Positions 31,614 to 41,401 of a stretch of DNA of 64,000 nucleotides are shown here, one piece after another. Where the stretch lies: positions 1,056,001 to 1,120,000 of the forward strand of contig CAWBAN010000001.1 of the NCBI GenBank assembly GCA_963786935.1, in the 5' to 3' direction. Numbering within the stretch: position 1 is the stretch's first letter; every line of letters starts with the position of its first letter. This DNA is from an uncultured bacterium (GTDB taxonomy: Bacteria > Krumholzibacteriota > Krumholzibacteriia > Krumholzibacteriales > Krumholzibacteriaceae). The position numbers and the translations under genes were made by a program. The notes beneath the pieces are model-generated. The model did no database searches. It had not been told where the DNA came from and saw nothing but the letters and a program-made list of their open reading frames with translations.

Positions 31614-31994
31614 CTACCTCCCGCATCCGTTCCCGCCGCCGTGATGGCCGCATGCGTCGCCCGGGGTGACTTCGGCGAGCGTCCCGCTCTTCAGCAGCTC
31701 GACGTTCTCCCTGATCGTTCCGGGCGCCGCGCGATAGACTCGTATCCCCCCCGCGTTCAGCATCATCAGGGCCCGCATGCCGATGCCGCCGACCACGATC
31801 GCATCGATGCTCCGGCCTTCGATCGATGCAAGCGGATGACACATGCCGTGCTCGTGAGCGCCGTTCCCGTTGCCGATGACATCGGTCGTCCCGGTACCGA
31901 TATCATGAATCACGAAATGCGAGCACGATCCGAAATGACCGTGCGGCATTCCTTCCAAGCCATTCTCGTCCATCGTCGGAATGCATACTCTCAT
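31614..31994 (-). CDS. NifB/NifX-like (dinitrogenase FeMo-cofactor family) protein
   Basis: 'HFGSC', 'VGGIGMRA', His/Cys-rich tail. Confidence 0.8.
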   Translation of the reverse strand: MRVCIPTMDENGLEGMPHGHFGSCSHFVIHDIGTGTTDVIGNGNGAHEHGMCHPLASIEGRSIDAIVVGGIGMRALMMLNAGGIRVYRAAPGTIRENVELLKSGTLAEVTPGDACGHHGGGNGCGR

Positions 31995-32032
31995 GCCCGA
32001 TCTCCTTCCGCTTTCAATATCACCGCTTCAAT

Positions 32033-32323
32033 TCAGCCGAGTATTTCCTTCAACATCGGGCCGAGCATCGTTCTCACGCCTTCGGCGAGAGAATCGACCT
32101 TGATGAGGGTGATGCAGCACGCATCGCCGTCTCTCCCGTGAAATATCACGGCGAGCTTGTCCCCCGCCCCGATCGACGCGCGCTCGCGAACGTCCTTGGG
32201 CAAAACGACCTGCCCCCGCTCGTCGACGGACACGATCGACTCGATCCGGCAGCATCCGAGCCCCCGGCCCATGCCGCGCGGCCCGCAGCATTTCGATTTT
32301 TCCGGTCCTTTTCCTCCAGCCAT
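32033..32323 (-). CDS. AbrB/MazE-fold protein, HgcC-like
   Basis: 'CCRIESIVSVDERGQVVLPKDVRE...GDKLAV...CCITLIK...LGPM'. Confidence 0.75.
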   Translation of the reverse strand: MAGGKGPEKSKCCGPRGMGRGLGCCRIESIVSVDERGQVVLPKDVRERASIGAGDKLAVIFHGRDGDACCITLIKVDSLAEGVRTMLGPMLKEILG

Positions 32324-32351
32324 CGTGCGCCCTCCTTCATCACGCGTCCCC

Positions 32352-32403
32352 ATATGATCATATTCATACTATTATGAATATTCTGATTAATCAGAATTGT
32401 CAA
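32352..32403 (-). promoter_or_regulatory. Promoter/operator with three chained palindromes
   Basis: ATATGATCATAT; ATATTCATA-N4-TATGAATAT; ATTCTGATTAATCAGAAT directly next to a minus-strand TTGACA (32398-32403). Confidence 0.65.
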
Positions 32404-32407
32404 GCAT

Positions 32408-32439
32408 AAAAAATGCTCCCCGTCCGGAGGCGGGGAGCA
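32408..32439 (-). terminator. Intrinsic terminator after the malic enzyme gene
   Basis: TGCTCCCCG-N8-CGGGGAGCA followed by TTTTTT. Confidence 0.8.
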
Positions 32440-32513
32440 GATCGATCGTCAATCACCGGGGCTTTGCCGGCGCCTTCGCACGCGCGCGGGCGCATCGCCG
32501 CGGGGCCCGTCGA

Positions 32514-34016
32514 TCACTTCATCTTCGGCAGGCGCACGAGCCCCTTCTTCTGGAGCAGCTGGAACTTCGCGCGCGACTCCGAGATCATCTTCTCGGCCTT
32601 GCTGTAGAGCTGGTCCCACGTCAGGTTCAGGCGCGCCACGCCCTGCTCGACCGCCTTGCGGCCGACCGCAGCGGCTTCCCGCGGATACACCTCGACCTCG
32701 TCCATCGTCGGGATGAGGTAATCCTCGCGGAGCCCCTTGTCCTCGGCGACGCGGGCGAGCTCCGTCGCCGCGGCGATGCACATCTCGTCCGTGATCGTCT
32801 TCGCCATCACGTCGAGGGTGCCGCGGAAGATGCCCGGGAAGCCGAGCGAGTTGTTGACCTGGTTCGGGAAATCGCTCCGGCCCGTCGCGACGACACGGGC
32901 GCCGGCGGCCTTCGCGTCCCACGGCCATATCTCGGGAATCGGGTTCGCGCATACGAAAACGATGGAGTCCTTCGCCATCCGCGCGATCCATTCCTTCTTG
33001 ATCGTGTCGGGGCCGTTCTTCGAGAGGGCGATGAGAACGTCGGCTCCCTCCATCGCGCGCGGGACGTCTCCCGATCTCCCCTCGCCGTTCGTTTTCTGCG
33101 CCATCTCCCATTTTTCTTTCCAGTCCTGCTTGAGCTCTTCCTCGCGCCCCGTGTGCAGGATGCCCTTCGAGTCGCACATGATGATGTTCTTCGGCGTGAC
33201 GCCGGCGACCATGATCATGCGGGCGATGCAGATGTTCGCCGCGCCCGCGCCCACGAGCGTGACCTTGACCTTCGCCATGTCCTTGCCGACGATCTTGACC
33301 GCGTTGATGAGCCCGGCGACGGTGACCGCCGCGGTGCCCTGCTGGTCGTCGTGCCATACAGGAATGTGGCATTCCTTGCGGAGCGTGTCGAGGACGCGGA
33401 AGCACTTCGGCTGCGCGATATCCTCGAGATTGATGCCGCCGAACGACGGCTGGAGCAGTTTCACGAACTCGATGAGCTTGTCGGGGTCCTTCGTATCGAC
33501 GCAGATCGGGAAGGCGTCCACGCCGCCGAGGTACTTGAAAAGCATCCCCTTGCCTTCCATGACCGGCAGCCCCGCCTCCGGACCGATGTCGCCGAGCCCG
33601 AGGACGCGCGTGCCGTCCGAGACGACCGCGACGAAATTCCCCTTGTTCGTGTGCTCGAAGACCTTCTCGGGATTGTCGCGGATGTCGAGACACGGCTTCG
33701 CGACGCCCGGCGTGTACCAGATCGCGAAATCGTCGAAGCTCCGGATGCACGCCTTCGGCATGATCTCGATCTTCCCCTTGTAGAAGGGATGCATGACCAT
33801 CGCGTCGATACCGGGCTGTTTGGCCTTCGCAAGAAGCTCCTCGGTGGTGAGCGGCTTCAGGACGACCGGCTTCTTGGGGGCCGGCTTCTTGGGCGCGGGT
33901 TTCCTCGGGGCGGGCTTCTTCGCGGCCGTCTTCCTGACCGCCGCTTTCTTTGCGGGCTTCGGCGCCTTCCTGACGCTCTTCGCCTTCTTCGCGCTCTTCG
34001 CTTTCCTGGCGCTCAT
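32514..34016 (-). CDS. NAD(P)-dependent malic enzyme with a Lys/Ala/Pro-rich N-terminal extension
   Basis: 'YTPGVA', 'VMEGK', 'INLEDI', 'HDDQQGTA', 'GAGAA', 'TGRSDFPNQVNN'. Confidence 0.93.
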   Translation of the reverse strand: MSARKAKSAKKAKSVRKAPKPAKKAAVRKTAAKKPAPRKPAPKKPAPKKPVVLKPLTTEELLAKAKQPGIDAMVMHPFYKGKIEIMPKACIRSFDDFAIWYTPGVAKPCLDIRDNPEKVFEHTNKGNFVAVVSDGTRVLGLGDIGPEAGLPVMEGKGMLFKYLGGVDAFPICVDTKDPDKLIEFVKLLQPSFGGINLEDIAQPKCFRVLDTLRKECHIPVWHDDQQGTAAVTVAGLINAVKIVGKDMAKVKVTLVGAGAANICIARMIMVAGVTPKNIIMCDSKGILHTGREEELKQDWKEKWEMAQKTNGEGRSGDVPRAMEGADVLIALSKNGPDTIKKEWIARMAKDSIVFVCANPIPEIWPWDAKAAGARVVATGRSDFPNQVNNSLGFPGIFRGTLDVMAKTITDEMCIAAATELARVAEDKGLREDYLIPTMDEVEVYPREAAAVGRKAVEQGVARLNLTWDQLYSKAEKMISESRAKFQLLQKKGLVRLPKMK

Positions 34017-34064
34017 CGACTACCTCCTCTGGAAATGAAATGAATCAAGTCGGTGGATGACCGT

Positions 34065-34613
34065 CTATCGAGCCAGCACTTCCGCGCCGGCCTTGAGACC
34101 TTCATCGAAGGCCTTCATGTTCAGCTCCTCGGTGCCCTTGGGCACGCGGGCGAGAATCGCCTTCCGCACGGCGTCTTCCGAGGCGACGCCCGAGATCTTC
34201 GTGAGGATGCCGAGCGCCACGATGTTCGTCACGACGGCCTTGCCGATCTTCTTCACGGCGATCTCGGTGATCGGAGCCTGGTAGAGCTTGTAGTTCCCCT
34301 TCGGCAGATCCTTCACGAGCCCCGAGTCGACGATGAGGGTGCCGCCCGCCTTGAGATCCTTGCTGTACTTCGTGCAGGACACCTGCGTGAGGGCCAACAG
34401 CAGGTCGAGGTCGAGGACCTTCGGATAATCGATCTCGCCGTCGGCGATGACGACCTCCGCCTTGCTCGCGCCGCCGCGGGCCTCGGGCCCGTAGCTCTGG
34501 GTCTGCACCGCGTTGCGGCCGTCGTAGATGACGACCGCCTCGGCGAGGATCTTGCCTGCCAGGATGAGCCCCTGGCCGCCGGAACCGCTCAGACGCATTT
34601 CGAATCGATCCAT
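34065..34613 (-). CDS. korC: 2-oxoglutarate-type OFOR gamma subunit
   Basis: 'GSGGQG', 'SYGPEARGG'. Confidence 0.85.
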   Translation of the reverse strand: MDRFEMRLSGSGGQGLILAGKILAEAVVIYDGRNAVQTQSYGPEARGGASKAEVVIADGEIDYPKVLDLDLLLALTQVSCTKYSKDLKAGGTLIVDSGLVKDLPKGNYKLYQAPITEIAVKKIGKAVVTNIVALGILTKISGVASEDAVRKAILARVPKGTEELNMKAFDEGLKAGAEVLAR

Positions 34614-34640
34614 TGTCGCTCCCGTTGTAGCGCCGACCGT

Positions 34641-35468
34641 CTATTCTTTGGTCTGCTTATCAGCCTGCAATTTCGCGATGAGCTTGTCGTACTCGGCCGT
34701 GAACTCCGGCCGCTCCACGTCCCAGAGGACGCCCGCGGCCATCTTGCCCGCCTTCTCGTCCTCGGCCATCTTGTCGAGCTTATCCTTCACGACGACGTTG
34801 TCTTTCAGCCAGTTCATCATGTCGACGGGGGTGCCCTGTTTATTTCGCCGCCCGTACGCGGTCGGACACGGCGTGAGAATCTCGACGACGGAAAAGCCCT
34901 TCTTCTGAAGCGCTCCCACGATGAGCTTGTCGAGCTGCTGGACGTGGTACACGTCTCCGAGCGCCACGTAGGAGGCGCCCGCCGCCTGCGCGAGCCCCGC
35001 GATGTTGAACGAAGGCTCCAAATTCCCGAACGGCGCGGTCGAGGCGTTCTTGCCCCGCGGCGTCGTCGGCGACACCTGCCCGCCCGTCATGCCGTAGATG
35101 AAATTGTTGTAGAGGAGCACGGTGAGATCGATGTTCCGGCGCGCGGCGTGGATGTAATGGTTCCCGCCGATCGCCGTCGCGTCGCCGTCCCCCGTCACCA
35201 CGATCACGTGCAGCTTCGGGTTGGCGAGCTTCACGCCTGTCGCGAACGCGATCGCGCGGCCGTGCGTCGTGTGGAGCGTGTTGATGTCGATGTAGCCCGC
35301 CGTCCTGCTCGCGCAGCCGATGCCCGACACCATGACCGCCTCGTCCTTGGGGATGCCCGTCTTCTTGAGCGCCCTGATGAGCGACTTGAGCACGATGCCG
35401 TCGCCGCAGCCCGAGCACCAGATGTGGGGGAGGTTCCGTTCGCGGACGTAGTCCATATAGTTGAACAC
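34641..35468 (-). CDS. korB: 2-oxoglutarate-type OFOR beta subunit
   Basis: 'WCSGCG', 'SGIGC', 'HGRA', 'GDGD', 'YGMTGGQ'. Confidence 0.88.
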   Translation of the reverse strand: MFNYMDYVRERNLPHIWCSGCGDGIVLKSLIRALKKTGIPKDEAVMVSGIGCASRTAGYIDINTLHTTHGRAIAFATGVKLANPKLHVIVVTGDGDATAIGGNHYIHAARRNIDLTVLLYNNFIYGMTGGQVSPTTPRGKNASTAPFGNLEPSFNIAGLAQAAGASYVALGDVYHVQQLDKLIVGALQKKGFSVVEILTPCPTAYGRRNKQGTPVDMMNWLKDNVVVKDKLDKMAEDEKAGKMAAGVLWDVERPEFTAEYDKLIAKLQADKQTKE

Positions 35469-35469
35469 C

Positions 35470-36615
35470 TCACACCACCTCCCTGATCCGGTCGACGATC
35501 TGTTTCGGCGTGATCGGATCTCCGTCGACGCGATTCACCTTGTGAACCTCCGCCTTGCACTTCGCGGCGAGCTCGACCTCGCGCGCCATCTGCCCGAGGT
35601 TCAGCTCGGGGACGACGAACGCCTTCACCTTGCCCGCGATGTCGAGGATCTCCTCCGACGGGAACGGCCAGACCGTCGTCGGCTCGAAGAGCCCCGCCTT
35701 GATGCCCGCCTCGCGGCACTCCTTCACGGCGCGCCGCGCCGAGCGCGCCACGCCGCCGTACGCGAAAACGGCGACCTCGGCGTCGTCGAGATGGAACTCC
35801 CGCCAGCGGATGATCTCCTTGCGGTGGCGCTCGATCTTCTCGGTCAGGTGGAGGATGTTCGCCTCGATCTTCTTCGAGTCATTCGTCGGAAATCCCGAAT
35901 CGTCGTGGCAAAGGCCGGTCACGTTGTAGCGGTATCCCGTTCCGAAATTCGCGAGCACGGGGATGCCGTTCTCGGTCTTTTCGTACGGGAGATACTTGTC
36001 CGGGGGCACCGAGGGCTGTCTGCGGTTCACGATCTCGACGCTGTCCTTGTCGGGCAGAACCATCTTCTCGGTCATGTGACCGACGATCTCGTCGAACATG
36101 AGCAGCACGGGCGTCATGTACGTCTCGGCGAGGTTGAACGCGCGGATCGTCTGCTCGAACATCTCCTGGGCGGACGCCGCGGTGAGCGCGATGACCCCGT
36201 GGTCGCCGTGAGATCCCCAGCGAGCCTGCTGCATGTCCATCTGCGCGGGAAGGGTCGGCGTTCCGGTGCTCGGCCCGCCGCGCTGGACGTCGACGACGAC
36301 GCACGGCACCTCGGCCATCACCGCGTGCCCCAGATTCTCCTGCTTGAGGCTGAAGCCCGGACCCGACGTCGCCGTGAGCGTCTTGGCCCCCGCGAGGGAA
36401 GCGCCGATGATCGCGCCCATCGCGGCGATCTCGTCTTCCATCTGGATGAACTTCCCGCCGACCTTCGGCAGCTTGCGCACGAGGTACTCGGCGATTTCCG
36501 AGGAAGGCGTGATGGGATAGCCCGCGAAGAAGCGGCAGCCGGCCCAGATCGCTCCCTCCGCGCAGGCGTCGTTCCCCTGCATCATGACGATCTTTCCCGC
36601 GGTAGTCTTCGACAA
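35470..36615 (-). CDS. korA: 2-oxoglutarate-type OFOR alpha subunit
   Basis: 'GYPITPS', 'QMEDE', 'TATSGPG', 'QRGGPSTG'; SD AAGGAG before the TTG at 36615. Confidence 0.88.
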   Translation of the reverse strand: MSKTTAGKIVMMQGNDACAEGAIWAGCRFFAGYPITPSSEIAEYLVRKLPKVGGKFIQMEDEIAAMGAIIGASLAGAKTLTATSGPGFSLKQENLGHAVMAEVPCVVVDVQRGGPSTGTPTLPAQMDMQQARWGSHGDHGVIALTAASAQEMFEQTIRAFNLAETYMTPVLLMFDEIVGHMTEKMVLPDKDSVEIVNRRQPSVPPDKYLPYEKTENGIPVLANFGTGYRYNVTGLCHDDSGFPTNDSKKIEANILHLTEKIERHRKEIIRWREFHLDDAEVAVFAYGGVARSARRAVKECREAGIKAGLFEPTTVWPFPSEEILDIAGKVKAFVVPELNLGQMAREVELAAKCKAEVHKVNRVDGDPITPKQIVDRIREVV

Positions 36616-36693
36616 AGCTGTCGTCTCCTTTTTCAGCCGGGGCGCGGCGGCGCCGCTCAAGCGCCGTGCCGTCCCGCGCCGGCGTCCAAGGGC

Positions 36694-36726
36694 AAAAAAA
36701 CGAGGACCCCGCGCGGGAGGTCCTCA
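36694..36726 (-). terminator. Terminator-like hairpin between korD and korA
   Basis: TGAGGACCTC-CCGCGC-GGGGTCCTCG followed by T7. Confidence 0.65.
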
Positions 36727-36942
36727 TTCAACCGTAATCGCGAAATCAGGGCATCTGAGCTCGCACAGCATGCACTTGATGCAGTCTTCCTGCCGTGCGA
36801 CCTTGACCTTCCCGCCCTCCATCTCGAGCACGTTCTTCGGGCAGTAGGCCACGCAGATCTCGCAACCCTTGCACCACTTGAGGTTGACTTTTATGATTGC
36901 TTGCTTTTTTTCCGCAGCCTGGCCTTCAGCCACCCCGACCAC
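36724..36942 (-). CDS. korD: KorD-like 2x4Fe-4S ferredoxin
   Basis: 'WCKGCEICVAYCP', 'CIKCMLCELRCPDFAI'. Confidence 0.88.
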   Translation of the reverse strand: MVGVAEGQAAEKKQAIIKVNLKWCKGCEICVAYCPKNVLEMEGGKVKVARQEDCIKCMLCELRCPDFAITVE

Positions 36943-37154
36943 ATCCGATCAGGTTTATTCCACGCCACAAAAGCGATAAATCCGGAAAGCGAAGAAGCTC
37001 GCTCGAAATTGGTGTCAATATATACCAGCCCAAAAATCGTTGCAAGCCTTTTCAATTCCTATGGCAAATTTTATTCAGGATAATTGAAAAGCGGCGGGAA
37101 ATGCGCCTGGAATCGCCGACCGGAAGCGGCGGCGCGGGAGGCCATTTAAATTTC

Positions 37155-37230
37155 TGGAGCTGGCGCGCGGAATTGAACCGCGGACCTGCGCATTACGAGT
37201 GCGCTGCTCTACCAGCTGAGCTACGCCAGC
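37155..37230 (-). tRNA. tRNA-Thr (CGT)
   Basis: 76-nt cloverleaf, anticodon loop CTCGTAA, CCA end; TTGCGC-N17-TAAAAT upstream. Confidence 0.96.
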
Positions 37231-37365
37231 TCCGAATGTCCTATTTTAAGTATTCGCAAGGTCCCGCGCAATGCTTTTTCTTGAAAATGCCGGGATTCGC
37301 CTCCGATGCGGGGACTCTCCCCGCTGCCGGCGCCCTCGTGCAGACCGGCTCCTCGCGCATCTTCT

Positions 37366-38604
37366 TCAAATCATTCTCTTCAAGCGAAGAGAGATATCCT
37401 TCGTCTCTTCCCCCCGCTTGATGGCGAAGCGCACTTCCTTCCCCTCGCGGAGCATGTATTCGCGGAGTTCCTCCCTCGTGAAGCTCCCCGCGGCGCGCCC
37501 GTCGATCGAGGTGACGACGTCCCCCGGCGCGATTCCCGCCAGAGCCGCCGGCGTGCCGTCGTAGACGATGAAAACCTTGAGGAGATCGAAGCGCTCCCCT
37601 TCCATGACGAAGCGGATCCCGCACATGTCGAACTCGAACGGCGCGCCGAAGCCGGCGTTCTTCTCGAGGAAGATCTGCGAGCGCTTGTAGTCGAGAACGA
37701 CGGTGAACCGGCACAGGAAATCGGCGCCGATGATCCCGGCGAAGCTCGTGTCGGCGAGGGCGCCCGCCGTGTCGGAGGAAAAGGACATCACGGGATTCTC
37801 GAACAGGATAGATCCGATGCGGATCCCCTCCACGCGCCCGACGATCCCCTTGCTCGCCCCGCCGATGCCGAAGCCCGTGACGCCTTCGAGCGTGCGCGGG
37901 CTCTGCGCGGCGAGCCCGTGCCTCTTGGCGTAGGGGCTGTTGAAGAGGGAGAGCCGCACGCCGGTGTCGAGGAGAAACACCGTCTCGAGCGGCTTTTCGG
38001 CGCCGTAGAGGGACACCTGCGCCGGAACGAGGATGTAGTTGCCGCGCATCGTGACGGGAATGCGCTCGCCGGGCCCCTTGTATTCGTATGCATTCGCGTC
38101 GTGGAACACGACGCGCTCGCGCTCGTAATCGATGACCGTGACGAGGGTCGAGAGGAGATCGCCTCCGAACAGGCCGTCTTTCCGCTTGCCCCAATGCGGG
38201 TCCATCCTCCGCACGGGGAACGTCAGGAGCGGCCGGCCGGCGAACGAGAGCCCCGGCATCGACACCGCATTCGAATCGGCGAATCCGAACGGGACGGCTT
38301 CCTCCCCCGCTCCTCCCCCCTCGCCGATCGGAGTCGATCGGAGCGCGATCGATGTCGCGGTCCCGTCGTCCAGCGCCGTGAGATCCCCGTCGCCCGTGTC
38401 GAGCACGAAGGGGAACGGTCCCGATCCGTTGATCGAGACGGGGAAATAGATGATGCGGTCGAATATCTCGACGTCGCGCACGACGAGGCTGTCGCCGCGC
38501 TCGAAGCGCGGGACCGCGGGGGGAAGCTGCTGCGCGAGCGCGGCGAGGGGGCCAAATGCCGAAGCGAAGAAAATGGCACCGAGGAAGAACGTCGCTTTCT
38601 TCAT
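37366..38604 (-). CDS. Exported double retropepsin-like aspartyl protease with PDZ domain
   Basis: Signal peptide; 'VLDTG' and 'LLDTG'; 'GIIGADFL'; C-terminal 'TPAALAGIAPGDVV' PDZ. Confidence 0.82.
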   Translation of the reverse strand: MKKATFFLGAIFFASAFGPLAALAQQLPPAVPRFERGDSLVVRDVEIFDRIIYFPVSINGSGPFPFVLDTGDGDLTALDDGTATSIALRSTPIGEGGGAGEEAVPFGFADSNAVSMPGLSFAGRPLLTFPVRRMDPHWGKRKDGLFGGDLLSTLVTVIDYERERVVFHDANAYEYKGPGERIPVTMRGNYILVPAQVSLYGAEKPLETVFLLDTGVRLSLFNSPYAKRHGLAAQSPRTLEGVTGFGIGGASKGIVGRVEGIRIGSILFENPVMSFSSDTAGALADTSFAGIIGADFLCRFTVVLDYKRSQIFLEKNAGFGAPFEFDMCGIRFVMEGERFDLLKVFIVYDGTPAALAGIAPGDVVTSIDGRAAGSFTREELREYMLREGKEVRFAIKRGEETKDISLRLKRMI

Positions 38605-38691
38605 TCGAGAATCTCCTTTTCAAGGGGCACGTGATACAGGTAGATACGCCGAACCGCGCGTTGCGTTCCAGGAGATTCTTCCGAGACGGCC

Positions 38692-39369
38692 CTAGTGTTG
38701 AAAAAGCCCCGCGATCCGGATGCCTTTCTCCACGAATTCCCGGAGGGCCTCCGGTTTGATCCGCTTCGAGTGCCGGTACACGATCAACGCGCGCCCGTCC
38801 GCCTCGACGCAGAGCCCCTCCTCCGCTTCGAAGAACATCAGCACGCGCCCCGTGAAAACGTTTCTGACGGCCGCTTCGTCCGGTCCGCGCAGAAGATACT
38901 TCGCGGAGAAGGCGGGATTGCTCTCGAAATCGATGTCCTGATAGCCCATCATCGAGCCGAGCTTGTGGAATACGTGCTCCGGCCTCATGCTGAACGCGGG
39001 CAGGCTGCGTCCCGGCGGATGGAGCGAGATCGCGGTCTGCGTCCACGTATGCTGGTTCTTGCCCGCCCCGACGGTATACTGATAGTCGAACACGGCGACG
39101 TTCGAATCCCGGACCGTCCCCCGCATCAGGTTCCTGATCTTCTTGGAGCGCCCCTGCGAGAAAAGGTGCAGCGCGGCGTGCTCCGACATCGCCGTCTCGT
39201 CGCCTTCCGGCGTGAACGAAAGCCGTAGCTCGGCGGCGACGCGCGCGAGCTCCTCGGAGCGCTTTCTCTGAAGCCGATAGCTGAAATAGAGCGCGGCCCC
39301 GACTCCCGCAGCCACGGCGATTACGAGAAGAATCGCGATGTTCTGATGCATGCCCCCCCATTTCATCAC
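38692..39369 (-). CDS. Hypothetical single-TM protein
   Basis: N-terminal TM helix, then 'DIDFESNPAFS' region; coherent ORF in operon orientation. Confidence 0.6.
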   Translation of the reverse strand: MMKWGGMHQNIAILLVIAVAAGVGAALYFSYRLQRKRSEELARVAAELRLSFTPEGDETAMSEHAALHLFSQGRSKKIRNLMRGTVRDSNVAVFDYQYTVGAGKNQHTWTQTAISLHPPGRSLPAFSMRPEHVFHKLGSMMGYQDIDFESNPAFSAKYLLRGPDEAAVRNVFTGRVLMFFEAEEGLCVEADGRALIVYRHSKRIKPEALREFVEKGIRIAGLFQH

Positions 39370-39489
39370 GGCGCCGCTACCCCGATCGAACCGGGGGAAT
39401 TATAGATGAAACGGGCAGCCCCGGTCAACCGTCGCCTGCCTCGGCACGAGCGCGCGGCGGCTCCGGCGCCGGCTCTCTCTCGCCGGCGA

Positions 39490-40707
39490 TTACTCGTAGT
39501 GCAGCGCCTCGATCGGGTTGAGCGCGGCCGCCTTCTTCGCGGGGTAGAATCCGAAGAATATGCCGATGATCCCCGAGAAGAAGAACGAAACGGCGATGGT
39601 CACCGGATCGATCACGACGGACGCCGAGATCGCCCGGCCGATAATCCCCGCCGTCACGAGCCCGAGGAGAATCCCGAGCACGCCCCCCATGAGGCTGATG
39701 ACGGCGGCCTCGATGAGAAACTGCACGAGCACGTCCGCCTCGCGAGCGCCGATCGCGAGCCGGATACCGATCTCTCTCGTCCGCTCCGTCACGGAGACGA
39801 GCATGATGTTCATGATCCCGATGCCCCCGACGAGGAGCGACACGCCGGCCACCGCGCTGAGGAGGAGCGTCATCATTCTCGTGACGGAAGTCGCCATCTC
39901 GTTGAGCTCCGTCTGCGTGCGGATCGAGAAGTTGTTTTCCTCGGATCCGGCCAGGCGGTGCGCCTTGCGCATGATCTTCTCGATCTCGGTCCTCGCCGAT
40001 TCGACCTGGTCCTCCGAAACGGCGCTCACCGTGATGCTGTTGATCCATTTCCCATCCCCGAGCCGGTACAGAACCGTCGTGGCGGGCGCGAGGATGATGT
40101 CGTCCTGATCCTGCCCCATCATGTTCTGCCCTTTCCTGCTCAGCACGCCGACGACGGTGAAGGGCACGTTGCCGACGCGGATTCGCGCGCCGATCGGGTC
40201 CTGCCCGGGATAGAGCGTGTCCGCCACGGTGGCGCCGAGCACCGCGACCTTGGACAGGGCCTTGACGTCGCGCTCGGTGAAGAACGCGCCGCGTTCGACG
40301 GACCAGCTTCGGATGTCGGAGTAGTTCTCCGCGACCCCCTGAATGCTCGTGAACCAATTATTGCGCCCCGCGATCACCTGCGCGCTCTCGCGGACGACCG
40401 GGGACACCTTGCTGACGAGCGTCGCCTCCTTCTCGATCTTTTCCGCGTCGGTCAACGTGAGCGTATGCCAGCTCCCCGCCCCGCGGCTCACCCCGCCGAA
40501 GCCGCTCGCCCCCGGCATGACCATGAGAAGGTTCGTTCCGAGCGATTGAATCTTGCCCGAGATGTCGGACTGCGTCCCCCTGCCGACCGAGATGAGGGCG
40601 ATCACCGAGGCGACGCCGATGATGATGCCGAGCATCGTGAGGAAACTGCGCATTCGGTTCTTCATGATGCTCTTGAGGGCGACCTTGATCAGGCTCTTCC
40701 ATTTCAT
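39490..40707 (-). CDS. MacB/FtsX-type ABC permease
   Basis: '[12 protein letters not shown]', '[23 protein letters not shown]'. Confidence 0.93.
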   Translation of the reverse strand: MKWKSLIKVALKSIMKNRMRSFLTMLGIIIGVASVIALISVGRGTQSDISGKIQSLGTNLLMVMPGASGFGGVSRGAGSWHTLTLTDAEKIEKEATLVSKVSPVVRESAQVIAGRNNWFTSIQGVAENYSDIRSWSVERGAFFTERDVKALSKVAVLGATVADTLYPGQDPIGARIRVGNVPFTVVGVLSRKGQNMMGQDQDDIILAPATTVLYRLGDGKWINSITVSAVSEDQVESARTEIEKIMRKAHRLAGSEENNFSIRTQTELNEMATSVTRMMTLLLSAVAGVSLLVGGIGIMNIMLVSVTERTREIGIRLAIGAREADVLVQFLIEAAVISLMGGVLGILLGLVTAGIIGRAISASVVIDPVTIAVSFFFSGIIGIFFGFYPAKKAAALNPIEALHYE

Positions 40708-41386
40708 AGCTCGACGTCCTTTACGATGCGCCCGTCGCGAAGCTCGATCGCGCGGCGCGCCTGATGGGCGATGTCCGGCTCGTGCGTCACGAGAATGATC
40801 GTCATCCCCTGCCGGTTCAGGTCCCTGAATATCTCGATGATCTCCATGGAGGTTTTCGTGTCGAGGTTCCCCGTCGGCTCGTCGGCGAGGAGAATGGACG
40901 GCTCGTTGATGAGCGCCCGCGCGATCGCGACGCGCTGCTGCTCCCCCCCGAGAGCTTGTTCGGCTCGTGGTGGATCCGGTCCGCGAGGCCGACGCGGGTG
41001 AGCACCTCGAGCGCTTTCCCCGCCGGATTCTTGATCCGCGCCGCTCGATCGTACAGGAGCGGGAGCTCCACGTTTTCGAGCGCCGACGTGCGCGGGAGCA
41101 GGTTGAATCCCTGAAACACGAAACCGATCCGTTCGTTCCGGATGTTGGCGAGCTCCCCCTTGCCGAGTCCGCCGACGCGCGTGCCTCCGAGGAGGTATTC
41201 GCCGCTCGTCGCGAGATCGAGGCATCCGAGGATGTTCAGCATCGTCGATTTCCCCGATCCCGACGCCCCCGTGATAGCGACGAATTCCTTCTCCTCCACC
41301 GCCATATCGATGCCGTTCAGGGCGTGAACGTCGATTTCACCCATCCGGTACGTCTTCGTGAGATCATGCAGCTCGATGAGCGCCAT
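40704..41386 (-). CDS. ABC ATP-binding protein, MacB/LolD type (frameshift in G run at 40943-40949)
   Basis: 'GASGSGKS', 'LSGG|EQQR', '[10 protein letters not shown]', 'VTHE'. Confidence 0.92.
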
Positions 41387-41401
41387 ACGTTCCTCTTCCT
41401 T

